Source: an uncultured virus (IMG/VR IMGVR_UViG_3300025626_002437) (lineage: Duplodnaviria > Heunggongvirae > Uroviricota > Caudoviricetes). From it: 64,000 nucleotides of DNA. Positions 45,755-54,456 of the stretch are shown here, piece after piece (positions within the stretch are counted from its first letter, which is position 1; each line of letters begins with the position of its first letter). The DNA lies in IMG/VR virus record IMGVR_UViG_3300025626_002437, one strand, 5' to 3'. A program made the translations under genes and the position numbers. Below the pieces are notes generated by a model. The model did not search any database and had not been told where the DNA came from. It was given only the letters and a program-made list of their open reading frames with translations.

Positions 45755-47509
45755 TTATCCCAACCATTTTCTAACTAGATATTTAAATGTGGCTGGTCTT
45801 GTTGTTCCATCTGATAAATTATTTGTTGCTCTTAATATCATTGTATTTGATAAGCCGTCCCATACTGCACTTAAATCAAATGTAGTTGAGCCAAAACCGT
45901 TTTGCATCACAGCACCAGTGTCATTAAGTGTTGCGTCTGCAAGTACACTACTGCCTGTCATGTGTACTGTTCCAGTTCTAGTATACGCATTACCAGAACC
46001 ACCGGATGCTCTTACTGAATATTCTATAATGGCACTATCGACATCTGAAACTTGGAACGATGCAATATCGGTTGTTGCACCTGCTAGACATGTTTTTGGT
46101 ATTGCTTCGAATAATGAATTAGCGGAACCTGTTAATAGAACAGCATAGTCGTCTTGTGTTAATAATCTTTGATTGGTTTTGATATTTGTTAATCCAGTGA
46201 TATCTGCATTTGCACTGGCACCAAAAATTTTATTTGTTATTGTTGAAAAGTTTTCTGCTTCTTGATTACCTGTAAAAGTTAATGTCAAATTTTCACTGCT
46301 AGTCGATGGTGTATACTTACTAATTCTAGTTGCACCTGAATTAAATTTATTGCCAACCTGCGCCGCTACAAACATGTTAAACGCAGGGTCATTTAATGAG
46401 CCATGAATCCAGTTTTCTAATTGACCTTTGATTGAATTATTTGCCTTGGTATATGTTGCATTTGGCGTTAATGATAATTCTGTGGCATCTGTGCTATCGG
46501 TAAATCTAATTTGAAATTGATTATCACATGCAATAAAGAATGTTGTGTCTGATACTTTTGTTGCTCTAAATGTTGCATCATTATTAATTGTGCTGACAAC
46601 TAGGTCTAAATTAGTTGCAGGAGTTAAAGATATTTCTGAAATAACATTAGCCGCAGGATTGCTAAGATCAGGTGCGGCTTCTAAAATTATGTTAGACAAT
46701 GTCAACGGTCCGGCAGGCGAAGCCACTGTGCCCGAATCAGCAAACACTTCTGTGTGTTTGTCTTCTAGACCAATAAATGCTGTGCCTACTTCGTAATCTG
46801 CTCTAATATACGCATTATTAAATTGTCTATAACTAGCAACACTTTTTGCTTCATAAAATCCTGTTGTTGATGTAGTTCCTATAACACCTGTGTCAAACAT
46901 AGCATTAATAATATCGACATTACTATAGTAGTTTATTGTGATATCATCTGTACCAGTTGGATTATTGCCGAATGTTATGGTAGTGTTTTGACCTGTACTT
47001 GTTGGCGAAGATACAAAAAATTCGTTATTAAGCAAGTTAGCCGCAGTTCTTGTGGCATTTGTACTTAATGCAACTCCATTTTTAGCACCTGTAAAATCTG
47101 TTGATTCAAATGCACTGGAATCAAACACGTTTTTAATATTTCCTGTTGTTATACTTGCATTAAATACAGGTTGTCCGTGTGCTTGACCGCTACTGCTACT
47201 GACTATAAAAGTTGTGTTATTTGTAGTACCGTTAAAAGTTCCTGTAGGGAATCTTTTACTAGGCATGATAAGTCTTACAAAATTATTATTTAGATATGAA
47301 TTAGCATAATTAAAGCCTTCTGCTATATTATTAACTGAAACAACATTTGCATTTTGAGCCGTGACTCCTATCTCAGGATCTAAGCCTATGAATACTTCTT
47401 TGCTGTCTGATGCTAATGCTATCTCCCCCGCTCGTAAGGGTTGAGGTAAATCTATACGATTACCTCTGCGTTGTTGCATTCGTGATATAATTATTTCTTT
47501 TTCTGCCAT
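45755..47509 (-). CDS. virion structural protein (tail fibre/baseplate-like, Mtd_N-like N-terminus)
   Basis: ISRMQQRRG..DLPQPLRAGEIAL...EVFIG; S/T/N-rich body; leaderless late promoter. Confidence 0.65.
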   Translation of the reverse strand: MAEKEIIISRMQQRRGNRIDLPQPLRAGEIALASDSKEVFIGLDPEIGVTAQNANVVSVNNIAEGFNYANSYLNNNFVRLIMPSKRFPTGTFNGTTNNTTFIVSSSSGQAHGQPVFNASITTGNIKNVFDSSAFESTDFTGAKNGVALSTNATRTAANLLNNEFFVSSPTSTGQNTTITFGNNPTGTDDITINYYSNVDIINAMFDTGVIGTTSTTGFYEAKSVASYRQFNNAYIRADYEVGTAFIGLEDKHTEVFADSGTVASPAGPLTLSNIILEAAPDLSNPAANVISEISLTPATNLDLVVSTINNDATFRATKVSDTTFFIACDNQFQIRFTDSTDATELSLTPNATYTKANNSIKGQLENWIHGSLNDPAFNMFVAAQVGNKFNSGATRISKYTPSTSSENLTLTFTGNQEAENFSTITNKIFGASANADITGLTNIKTNQRLLTQDDYAVLLTGSANSLFEAIPKTCLAGATTDIASFQVSDVDSAIIEYSVRASGGSGNAYTRTGTVHMTGSSVLADATLNDTGAVMQNGFGSTTFDLSAVWDGLSNTMILRATNNLSDGTTRPATFKYLVRKWLG

Positions 47510-47552
47510 ACAACTATTTATCTTTTTTGTTTACTTTGCAGATAAACGTATG

Positions 47553-48269
47553 CTAGACTTTTTGTGCATCAACTTTTCCATAGTAATCAGCCAATCTTTC
47601 GGCCCACTTACCACAGTACTTGTCAAATTCTTCACCTTCAATAATGAATTCTTTAAATTTGGATTCTCTGTCTACCATGAGTATGACTACTTTTCGTATC
47701 TTTGTTTCGAACATTTCATTATGTGCTAATGCGTATGCACATCCTTGCATAAAGTAGTCTTCGATCCATTCGCGTTTTTTAATTTTTTTAGCAGTTTTAA
47801 AATCGATAATAGCATGTTCGCCTTCGTATATACCGATAGCATCTGACGTACCTGCATATAATCCTTTGGCAATTAAGGCTACTTCAACACCCCATAGTTC
47901 ATCTATTTTAGTTAATCCATTGTCGATCATTTCTGACGTCATTGATTCTGCTAACACACTAACATGATTATTACCAAAAGTGTTCCATTCCTCGCCAAGT
48001 ATATACTTTTCTAATGCATTATGGACTTTGGTACCAAGGCCTGCGGCTTCTGTGCTTATGCGAGTTGCTTCTGCATCTCCTACACGTTTACGCCAAGCAA
48101 TCAATGCCGACTTGTCTCCTGTATCTGATAGGATGGTTGTGACACTAGGTACAGGCTTGTTGTCATCACCAGTGTATTGGCGTTGTCCTGACTTTGCTGT
48201 AACTCTTTTTAATTGGGGGTAATTGTATTTGTTTTCTAAAAGGCTTTCTGCTACCACTTGATTGTCCAC
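47553..48269 (-). CDS. PD-(D/E)XK exonuclease
   Basis: PSVTTILS, GTKVHNALE, EVAL...YAGTSD...IIDFKT, YFMQGCAYA. Confidence 0.88.
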   Translation of the reverse strand: MDNQVVAESLLENKYNYPQLKRVTAKSGQRQYTGDDNKPVPSVTTILSDTGDKSALIAWRKRVGDAEATRISTEAAGLGTKVHNALEKYILGEEWNTFGNNHVSVLAESMTSEMIDNGLTKIDELWGVEVALIAKGLYAGTSDAIGIYEGEHAIIDFKTAKKIKKREWIEDYFMQGCAYALAHNEMFETKIRKVVILMVDRESKFKEFIIEGEEFDKYCGKWAERLADYYGKVDAQKV

Positions 48270-48574
48270 TGAATTGTATTTCCGGTTGATGAATTTGTAG
48301 TAATATTTACCGAATACCCTTTGTCAGTGAAATGTTTTTTGACTGTACTGATTTGATCAGTTATAGTAGTGTTAGTTGTTATGCCATTGTAGGCTTGGTA
48401 ATAAGAAGTATTACCAGTCATTGTTGTTCCTGTTGATTGTATTAGTTGCAATGAACCTGCACTTATGTTTGATAAGACATTGGCTTCGAGTGCTCTGACT
48501 TCATTAAGAATTACAACACTATCTCGGCTTCTTCTACGAGCCTCTGTTGCGTTTATAAAAATACTATCAGACAT
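48251..48574 (-). CDS. hypothetical protein (possible virion protein)
   Basis: 107 aa, T/S/N-rich, operon-coupled. Confidence 0.55.
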   Translation of the reverse strand: MSDSIFINATEARRRSRDSVVILNEVRALEANVLSNISAGSLQLIQSTGTTMTGNTSYYQAYNGITTNTTITDQISTVKKHFTDKGYSVNITTNSSTGNTIQWTIKW

Positions 48575-48923
48575 TTAGTTCATCTCCTATGCCTTGGTTA
48601 GCGGCCGATGTTGCCAAGTTAGAAACATTATTTTCCATGTCTTCTGGTTCTGGTACCATTTCGTCTGGCACATTTCCAGGTGTATTAAATTCTATTTCTG
48701 AATTGTCTACGTTTGCAATTAAGTTTTCAAACTCTGGTGACTCTAAAATTAATCTAAGCATTGCTTTTGAAATTGGAATACCTAAATTGTTTACTTCTTC
48801 TACAAATGCATCAAGACTTGCAGACTGCACACCACCGTCTATTTTGTTAATAACAAGTTCCTTAACGTCTGATGTAACATCATTCATGTCAGATTCTGTG
48901 AGTGCAAAGTCCGTAAACCTCAT
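48567..48923 (-). CDS. acidic putative head-associated protein
   Basis: N-terminus MRFTDFALTE resembles a capsid-targeting propeptide. Confidence 0.5.
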   Translation of the reverse strand: MRFTDFALTESDMNDVTSDVKELVINKIDGGVQSASLDAFVEEVNNLGIPISKAMLRLILESPEFENLIANVDNSEIEFNTPGNVPDEMVPEPEDMENNVSNLATSAANQGIGDELNV

Positions 48924-48925
48924 GA

Positions 48926-50125
48926 TTAAATCTTTTCTGCTCTACCTAGAGGTTCTTCTTCAGGTCCTGCTTCTGCGTCTGCACCAGCAAAATCATCTAC
49001 TGGTTCATCTAGTGCTGGTTCCATCATGTCACCACCTAGTGGATCTTCTGATGGCATTGGTGCGGCTGATTCTTCTCCAGTCATTGTACCAATAAGAGCG
49101 TCGACACCTTCTTTTGAACTTTTGTTAGCATCAAGTAAAGAACTTAGTAATCCTTCCATTTGATTTTTGAATTCTGCGGCTTTTTGTGCACCAAATTCAT
49201 GTGCCATTGAATCAGCAATTGAAGGTATATCTTCGTTTGCCATTCTACCGATTCTTTCAATGTGGTCTTGAATGTCGTTACTTAAGGCTCTTGCCGCCAT
49301 AACAACTTCTGCTTCTTCAACACTAGTACCTGAAATTTCTTCAGTAATTGTGTCATCTCCAACCATCTCGCTTACTAGATCATCTAAGAATGTTTCAAAT
49401 TGCTTCATTTCTTTTAAGTCTGTTATTCCATATTTTTTTGCCATATTATCTACCTTATTTGCTTTTTCTATATCAACACTTTCTAATTCTGAAAATAGTT
49501 CGCCTAATGCAAATTCTTTCCAATTATCTTTTCCTAGATAATCACCAATTAGTTCTGCTAACATTTCTTCCGTAGCATTTTCGAAGTTTGAAGGGATATC
49601 TTCTGAATTATCTACATTAATTTTTACTTCTGGTTCGTCAATAACGTCCATTATTTCGTCTTCTATGTCTTCTTGCATACTGCCATCGAACATAGGCATT
49701 ATTTTTTCTGCAATAGCGGCTAGTATCATATCTTTTGGATATCTAGCAGGCATGGCCTCATATTTTTTACTGCAACTGTCCATTATAGTATCGTAGTCGT
49801 CGCCACTTTCTGCTAATGAGCAACTGTATTCATGCAGTTCGTCCATTAGTCTGCGATATGTTTCACCTTCGTAGTATAGACCTTCGTTTATCATGATGCC
49901 TAATGCATCTCTAACCATAATATTCATACCATAGTTAGGATCTTGTTGAAACTTGTTACTTTTATTTCTTAAATTTACAAGTCTTTTTTCAACATTTTGA
50001 TATGCTTGTTCTAACTTCTGCTTAGGTAAAACTTTGTTGACGTTGATGTCATAATTTTCTGTTAGGTAATTCTGAAGTTTACCTAATCTAGTTAAGTTAT
50101 CTGAATTTAAATGTTTTACTTCCAT
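48926..50125 (-). CDS. acidic helical protein, possible prohead core/scaffold component
   Basis: Very D/E-rich and helical; VEEAEVVMAARA...QD.IE domain; C-terminal EEPLGR; late promoter at 50147. Confidence 0.5.
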   Translation of the reverse strand: MEVKHLNSDNLTRLGKLQNYLTENYDINVNKVLPKQKLEQAYQNVEKRLVNLRNKSNKFQQDPNYGMNIMVRDALGIMINEGLYYEGETYRRLMDELHEYSCSLAESGDDYDTIMDSCSKKYEAMPARYPKDMILAAIAEKIMPMFDGSMQEDIEDEIMDVIDEPEVKINVDNSEDIPSNFENATEEMLAELIGDYLGKDNWKEFALGELFSELESVDIEKANKVDNMAKKYGITDLKEMKQFETFLDDLVSEMVGDDTITEEISGTSVEEAEVVMAARALSNDIQDHIERIGRMANEDIPSIADSMAHEFGAQKAAEFKNQMEGLLSSLLDANKSSKEGVDALIGTMTGEESAAPMPSEDPLGGDMMEPALDEPVDDFAGADAEAGPEEEPLGRAEKI

Positions 50126-50166
50126 AGTAGTCCCTTCTAATAGTTATATTTATCAAAGAAGTACTT

Positions 50167-50610
50167 TTATAAGGAGATTAACAGTTGACATTGTGACAGC
50201 AAATTGTTAATTGCATTACTAGATTTGTGTTCTGCCTCTGTAAGTTTGGTTTCATAAATTGCCATTCTGTCAAAATTTGTAGAATTTTCCGTCAACTCTT
50301 CGTATATTTTGACTTCTACCATTTTAGATACAGCATATTTTTCTGTTTTTAATATCTTATCTATAGTAGACGTATTTAGATCTTCGCCAGTATTCATTGC
50401 CGCGGCAACAATATTTGCAACAATGTTTAAATGTATTTCTTCGCATACTATTTCATTGTTTTTAAGATTTACTATATCGTAAGTATCGCCATTGTCAACG
50501 ACTTCATATATATCTAAAGTAGCAATAATACCACTTAGTACTTCTTGAAGTTGTGATTTTAAATCAGATTCGTTTACTTGTTGCATATAGTCTATATCCG
50601 TCTTGTCCAT
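50167..50610 (-). CDS. hypothetical protein
   Basis: 147 aa ORF in operon. Confidence 0.6.
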   Translation of the reverse strand: MDKTDIDYMQQVNESDLKSQLQEVLSGIIATLDIYEVVDNGDTYDIVNLKNNEIVCEEIHLNIVANIVAAAMNTGEDLNTSTIDKILKTEKYAVSKMVEVKIYEELTENSTNFDRMAIYETKLTEAEHKSSNAINNLLSQCQLLISL

Positions 50611-50785
50611 CTTTGAGTTTTACTAGTTTAATTATCTCTCTTTTTCTTAAATCTTCAGCAATCTGAATTTGCCTTTCGCTCATTTTGCCTTTGTAATATG
50701 TTCCAAACTCTTTTAATGTTTCACAAAATGAGATTTCTTCGCCCATTATGTATGTTAATCCGTATTTACTGTCTATGCTACGCAT
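50564..50785 (-). CDS. hypothetical protein
   Basis: 73 aa ORF in operon. Confidence 0.55.
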   Translation of the reverse strand: MRSIDSKYGLTYIMGEEISFCETLKEFGTYYKGKMSERQIQIAEDLRKREIIKLVKLKDGQDGYRLYATSKRI

Positions 50786-50933
50786 TTTTCTTTTTCTTCT
50801 TTTTCTTAGTAGGCTTGCGTTTTATTGGTTCTTTGAATAGAGGCATTGCCACGCCACCAATAGCACCTGCTACTGTTTCATTGATACTATTATAGAACGA
50901 ATCTATGTTTATGTCAACCTCTTTTATACGCAT
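50778..50933 (-). CDS. small basic protein (51 aa, not in ORF track)
   Basis: MRIKEVDINIDSFYNSINE/TVAGAIGGVAMPL...poly-K; ATG 5 nt after GATAAATA. Confidence 0.7.
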   Translation of the reverse strand: MRIKEVDINIDSFYNSINETVAGAIGGVAMPLFKEPIKRKPTKKKKKKKNA

Positions 50934-50947
50934 ATATGTATTTATCT

Positions 50948-52405
50948 TTAATCGCCTAACTCTTGTATAGGAATTCCTAATTCACCTGTGCCTGCTACAT
51001 AATCATCTAGTGTTTTCATTCTTACACGACGTATTAGGTTGTTCAAATAGATATTATAATTTTGTACAGCAATTCTATTCACACCTTGTAGCCAATCCTT
51101 CCATGCTTGTTTATCGCGTTTTAAGTCTGTTAATCGTTTGATTTCTTGAATTATTTCATTCATACGGTGTAGTTCGTCATCGTTTTTATCATAAGATTCT
51201 TTAATATATGGCTCGTATGATATATAACCCATTTGTTTAATCTTTTCCCAACTGCCAGTAGAGCCTAGTATTATAAAAGGTTGTTTAAATATAATTGCTT
51301 TGAGAAACTTTTCTGTTAAAAATATAGAACCTTCAAATTCACTTTCGCCTACAATTTCAATATCACAGTTTCTTCTAGCATTGTAGTACATATAATTATC
51401 GCTACTAAAATTTGTGTTAGGATCAAAGTCTAAATGGTTGTGTTCTCTATCAATGTATGTTGGTATTTTGCCTCTAACATTTAATAATGTAGGGTACAAT
51501 TCTTCGAAACCTTCTGCCCAATTTCTGTCCCATGTTATAGAATTAATATATTTTACAGCACTACTTTGCGTACCTCTCCATTCTTCAGGTGTGCTGTATA
51601 AATTATTGTCAAGTAAATGTTCTTTGTGAAGTAATGCTAAAAACAATGTTCTAAACCCACGTTTTGCATTCATATGTTTATACAAGAATAAATGCGGTTT
51701 ATTAACATCCTCTCTAATATGTTCTAATGGCTTAGAGCATTCCACAGATAAACTCCACATTTCATCAGAATCAATAAGATTTTCTGCTCTAAACTCGCAC
51801 ATGTCTTCCTCTTTTTCAATCTGATAATTGTCATCGAGCATTTGTTGACATACCAATTCATTCCACCCGCCGCAATTAAACATTTTAATTTTGTCTATTG
51901 TAGCATAAGGTTTATTAAGTAAATATTTGTCATACATTTCTCTTAAATTTTGAGTGCTATTTGTGTAATAAGTTTTTTCAAATGGTATACCTACTTGGCT
52001 AACTAATATATGCAATGCGTCAAACAGTTTATCACTGGCATGCCCTTCAGCCGCATTTTCTATTATTAATCCGCAGTTGTGAAAGTTATTTAAATCATCT
52101 ATTGCTTCTTGTGTAATGTAAGGTCTTACTAATTTTTGATTTACAAGTTCTCTGCCATAGTAAATTAGTTCTGCAATACTGTCATCGTCACAGCAATCAA
52201 TACTAATCATGTAAAAGAAACTTTTTGATTCATCAATCTGATCTCTAGGTTTGATAAAACTTTTATCTCCCAGGAAGTGTGTAAAACTATTAATGGTATT
52301 GTCAATAGGACAATGTTGACTGGCATCTCTAAGATGTGTTGGGCCTCTGCGGGCCATGTCTTCTAAAAAATCTCTATACCAATTAGGATGATGTACTATT
52401 TGCAT
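50948..52405 (-). CDS. putative glycosyltransferase-like protein ('TEK' paralog 4)
   Basis: EIVGES...IFLTEKFLKAIIFKQPFIILG...MGYISYEPYIKESYD. Confidence 0.55.
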   Translation of the reverse strand: MQIVHHPNWYRDFLEDMARRGPTHLRDASQHCPIDNTINSFTHFLGDKSFIKPRDQIDESKSFFYMISIDCCDDDSIAELIYYGRELVNQKLVRPYITQEAIDDLNNFHNCGLIIENAAEGHASDKLFDALHILVSQVGIPFEKTYYTNSTQNLREMYDKYLLNKPYATIDKIKMFNCGGWNELVCQQMLDDNYQIEKEEDMCEFRAENLIDSDEMWSLSVECSKPLEHIREDVNKPHLFLYKHMNAKRGFRTLFLALLHKEHLLDNNLYSTPEEWRGTQSSAVKYINSITWDRNWAEGFEELYPTLLNVRGKIPTYIDREHNHLDFDPNTNFSSDNYMYYNARRNCDIEIVGESEFEGSIFLTEKFLKAIIFKQPFIILGSTGSWEKIKQMGYISYEPYIKESYDKNDDELHRMNEIIQEIKRLTDLKRDKQAWKDWLQGVNRIAVQNYNIYLNNLIRRVRMKTLDDYVAGTGELGIPIQELGD

Positions 52406-52425
52406 AGTACATATTTATTGAATGT

Positions 52426-54456
52426 TTAGTGTACAGTTTTGTTTTGTTGAACTAGATGCCAAACTTGAATACCGTCGTCTAATCTAAGGTCATCTACTGT
52501 AAACTGCACAGGCATTTGTGCTAAGAATTTTTGCATAACTTTGATATCATTTGCTTTAACCATTTCAAAAGCCATATCACCCATGCCACTGGCATTCATT
52601 GCCAAATCGTCGTCACTGTCTAGGTCCATATGTGCAACATAGTCACCGTATCTAGGACCGTACTCTTGTGCAAATAATTTTTCTAAACTGGTATGTGACA
52701 TCCAAGTTGGTAATTTTAAATTTTCAAATGCTGATTCGTTGACTGCATCTGGTAAATTGTGTGGATTGACGGTCAAGTGATGTATCCAAAGTGCTCTGGC
52801 ATCTTCGGCATGATCTATTATCCTTGAAAGTCGTAATTCTACTATATATCTTTTGAGGTCATCTAGGTTTTTAATTTTGCCACTCTTAACGTCACTGTCA
52901 ATATATTCGCCTGCCAGTTTTGCACTAGGAGATAAATTCTCCATATCTTCATTTGTTTTCTTTTTGCCAGACTTCATATTAGCACACCAATGATACATTT
53001 TTGCTTTTTCACCACTGCTGTTTTTTGCACGTTTGCGTAATGCTGTAACACTACCATTGCAACTTGCTCCACTACGTTTTACTCTACCTGGTCTGCTTTT
53101 GCCTTTCTTTTTACCATCGTCAAAGTTTTCTACAATGCTTGGGTTTATTTCTTGTGCTGTGAATTGTTGCATTAGTTCAACAATGTCATCATCATGGTCC
53201 AATATTTTATAATCAGCATCAACTATTAGTGCTACATTATCATCATAACCGTGATTCTCACCACTGAGTACATGCATGCCATTACTTAATTCTATGTGAT
53301 CTTCTTGATTGACCCATTGATGAATAACTGACTCTACTTCTTCATGTGGAAGTTTACCTAACTTGAAACCAGGACTTAGTTTTGTTGGTGGGTTTCCGGG
53401 TTGTAATTTATTTAGTGCCTTATCATATAATGCAGTAAATGACACTTGTTTATTAGACTTTCTATATGCATCCTTGGCCATTTGCAATGCTTTGTTGTGT
53501 ATTTCTGGCGTTGATGCCTCGTCGCTTAGATGTTCGACCATTGTATCACTAGTGGTATGGCTAAATTGTTTCATTAATAATTCAATAGGCACATTTACTT
53601 TTATTGCATCTACTTTTTCTATGCCTAATAATCTAGCCGCATCATATCTATGATGACCATTAACCAAGTAATTGTTTTTATCTAGTATAAAAGGCTTGTC
53701 TTTACCGTGAAAGTCTTCTGCAACTTTTTGTGCTAATCCTGGTACTCTATCTGTTTGAACTGGTTTAATATTTGTTACACTTATTTTGCCTTTTTTATAA
53801 GGTATATCATTATCTATTAAATCTGGTTCTTTGACTTGCGGCATTTCATTTCTACTAAAATGCTTGTCGCTAATGTTTTTATCTAAATCTGCTATTGCTG
53901 ATTGTGTTAATTCAGATAATTTTATTACACCGCATCCTGCTCTATCACCTGCGTTGCCTGTTTTTAAACTTTCCTCATCGCCGCCTTTGCCTAAGTCGTC
54001 TTCGTCTTGGTGTACAACAACTGCTCTACCAACTATGCTTGTGGCACCTTGTAATTGAATTGTTTTGGATTTTATTTTAAATTCTGCTACACCTTTGCTG
54101 TTGGCTTCTATATTTCCTAAGTCGCCGATATGACCATTATCTACATCGCCATGATCGACACCATGCGGATTATAATGACCGCCTGCACTATCGCATCCAT
54201 CACTGAGATCGCCAAATTCGTGTATGTGAAATCCATGTAAGCCTTCTGTTAAGCCGCTTATAGTACCGCTTATAATTGTTGCTTTACCTGGCTTTTGTAC
54301 AAAATTAATTATGCCTTTAGCATCGCCGTGTTCTAGTACTGCAACTGCTTTTATAGGCTTTTCTGCTTCTGATAATTGCCTTAGCCTTTCGCAACTGCAT
54401 TCGGTTGCTTTTGTTCTTGGGCATTGTCCAGGTTTAGTTACTTCGTATAATCTCAT
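52426..54456 (-). CDS. modular protein with Cu/Zn superoxide dismutase, ParB/Srx-like and further domains
   Basis: SOD: HGFHIHEFGD..GC.SAGGHYNP, HIGDLGNI, GRAVVVH, GNAGDRAGCGVI; ParB-like YLVNGHHRYDA; basic module ...MYHWCANMKSG. Confidence 0.88.
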   Translation of the reverse strand: MRLYEVTKPGQCPRTKATECSCERLRQLSEAEKPIKAVAVLEHGDAKGIINFVQKPGKATIISGTISGLTEGLHGFHIHEFGDLSDGCDSAGGHYNPHGVDHGDVDNGHIGDLGNIEANSKGVAEFKIKSKTIQLQGATSIVGRAVVVHQDEDDLGKGGDEESLKTGNAGDRAGCGVIKLSELTQSAIADLDKNISDKHFSRNEMPQVKEPDLIDNDIPYKKGKISVTNIKPVQTDRVPGLAQKVAEDFHGKDKPFILDKNNYLVNGHHRYDAARLLGIEKVDAIKVNVPIELLMKQFSHTTSDTMVEHLSDEASTPEIHNKALQMAKDAYRKSNKQVSFTALYDKALNKLQPGNPPTKLSPGFKLGKLPHEEVESVIHQWVNQEDHIELSNGMHVLSGENHGYDDNVALIVDADYKILDHDDDIVELMQQFTAQEINPSIVENFDDGKKKGKSRPGRVKRSGASCNGSVTALRKRAKNSSGEKAKMYHWCANMKSGKKKTNEDMENLSPSAKLAGEYIDSDVKSGKIKNLDDLKRYIVELRLSRIIDHAEDARALWIHHLTVNPHNLPDAVNESAFENLKLPTWMSHTSLEKLFAQEYGPRYGDYVAHMDLDSDDDLAMNASGMGDMAFEMVKANDIKVMQKFLAQMPVQFTVDDLRLDDGIQVWHLVQQNKTVH

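Noticed and set aside
52426..54456. Eukaryotic contamination or giant-virus origin suggested by the SOD1-like domain
   Set aside because: The domain is in frame within a phage-type modular ORF with the same AT-rich codon usage, and surrounding genes have bacterial promoters, SD sites and phage virion genes
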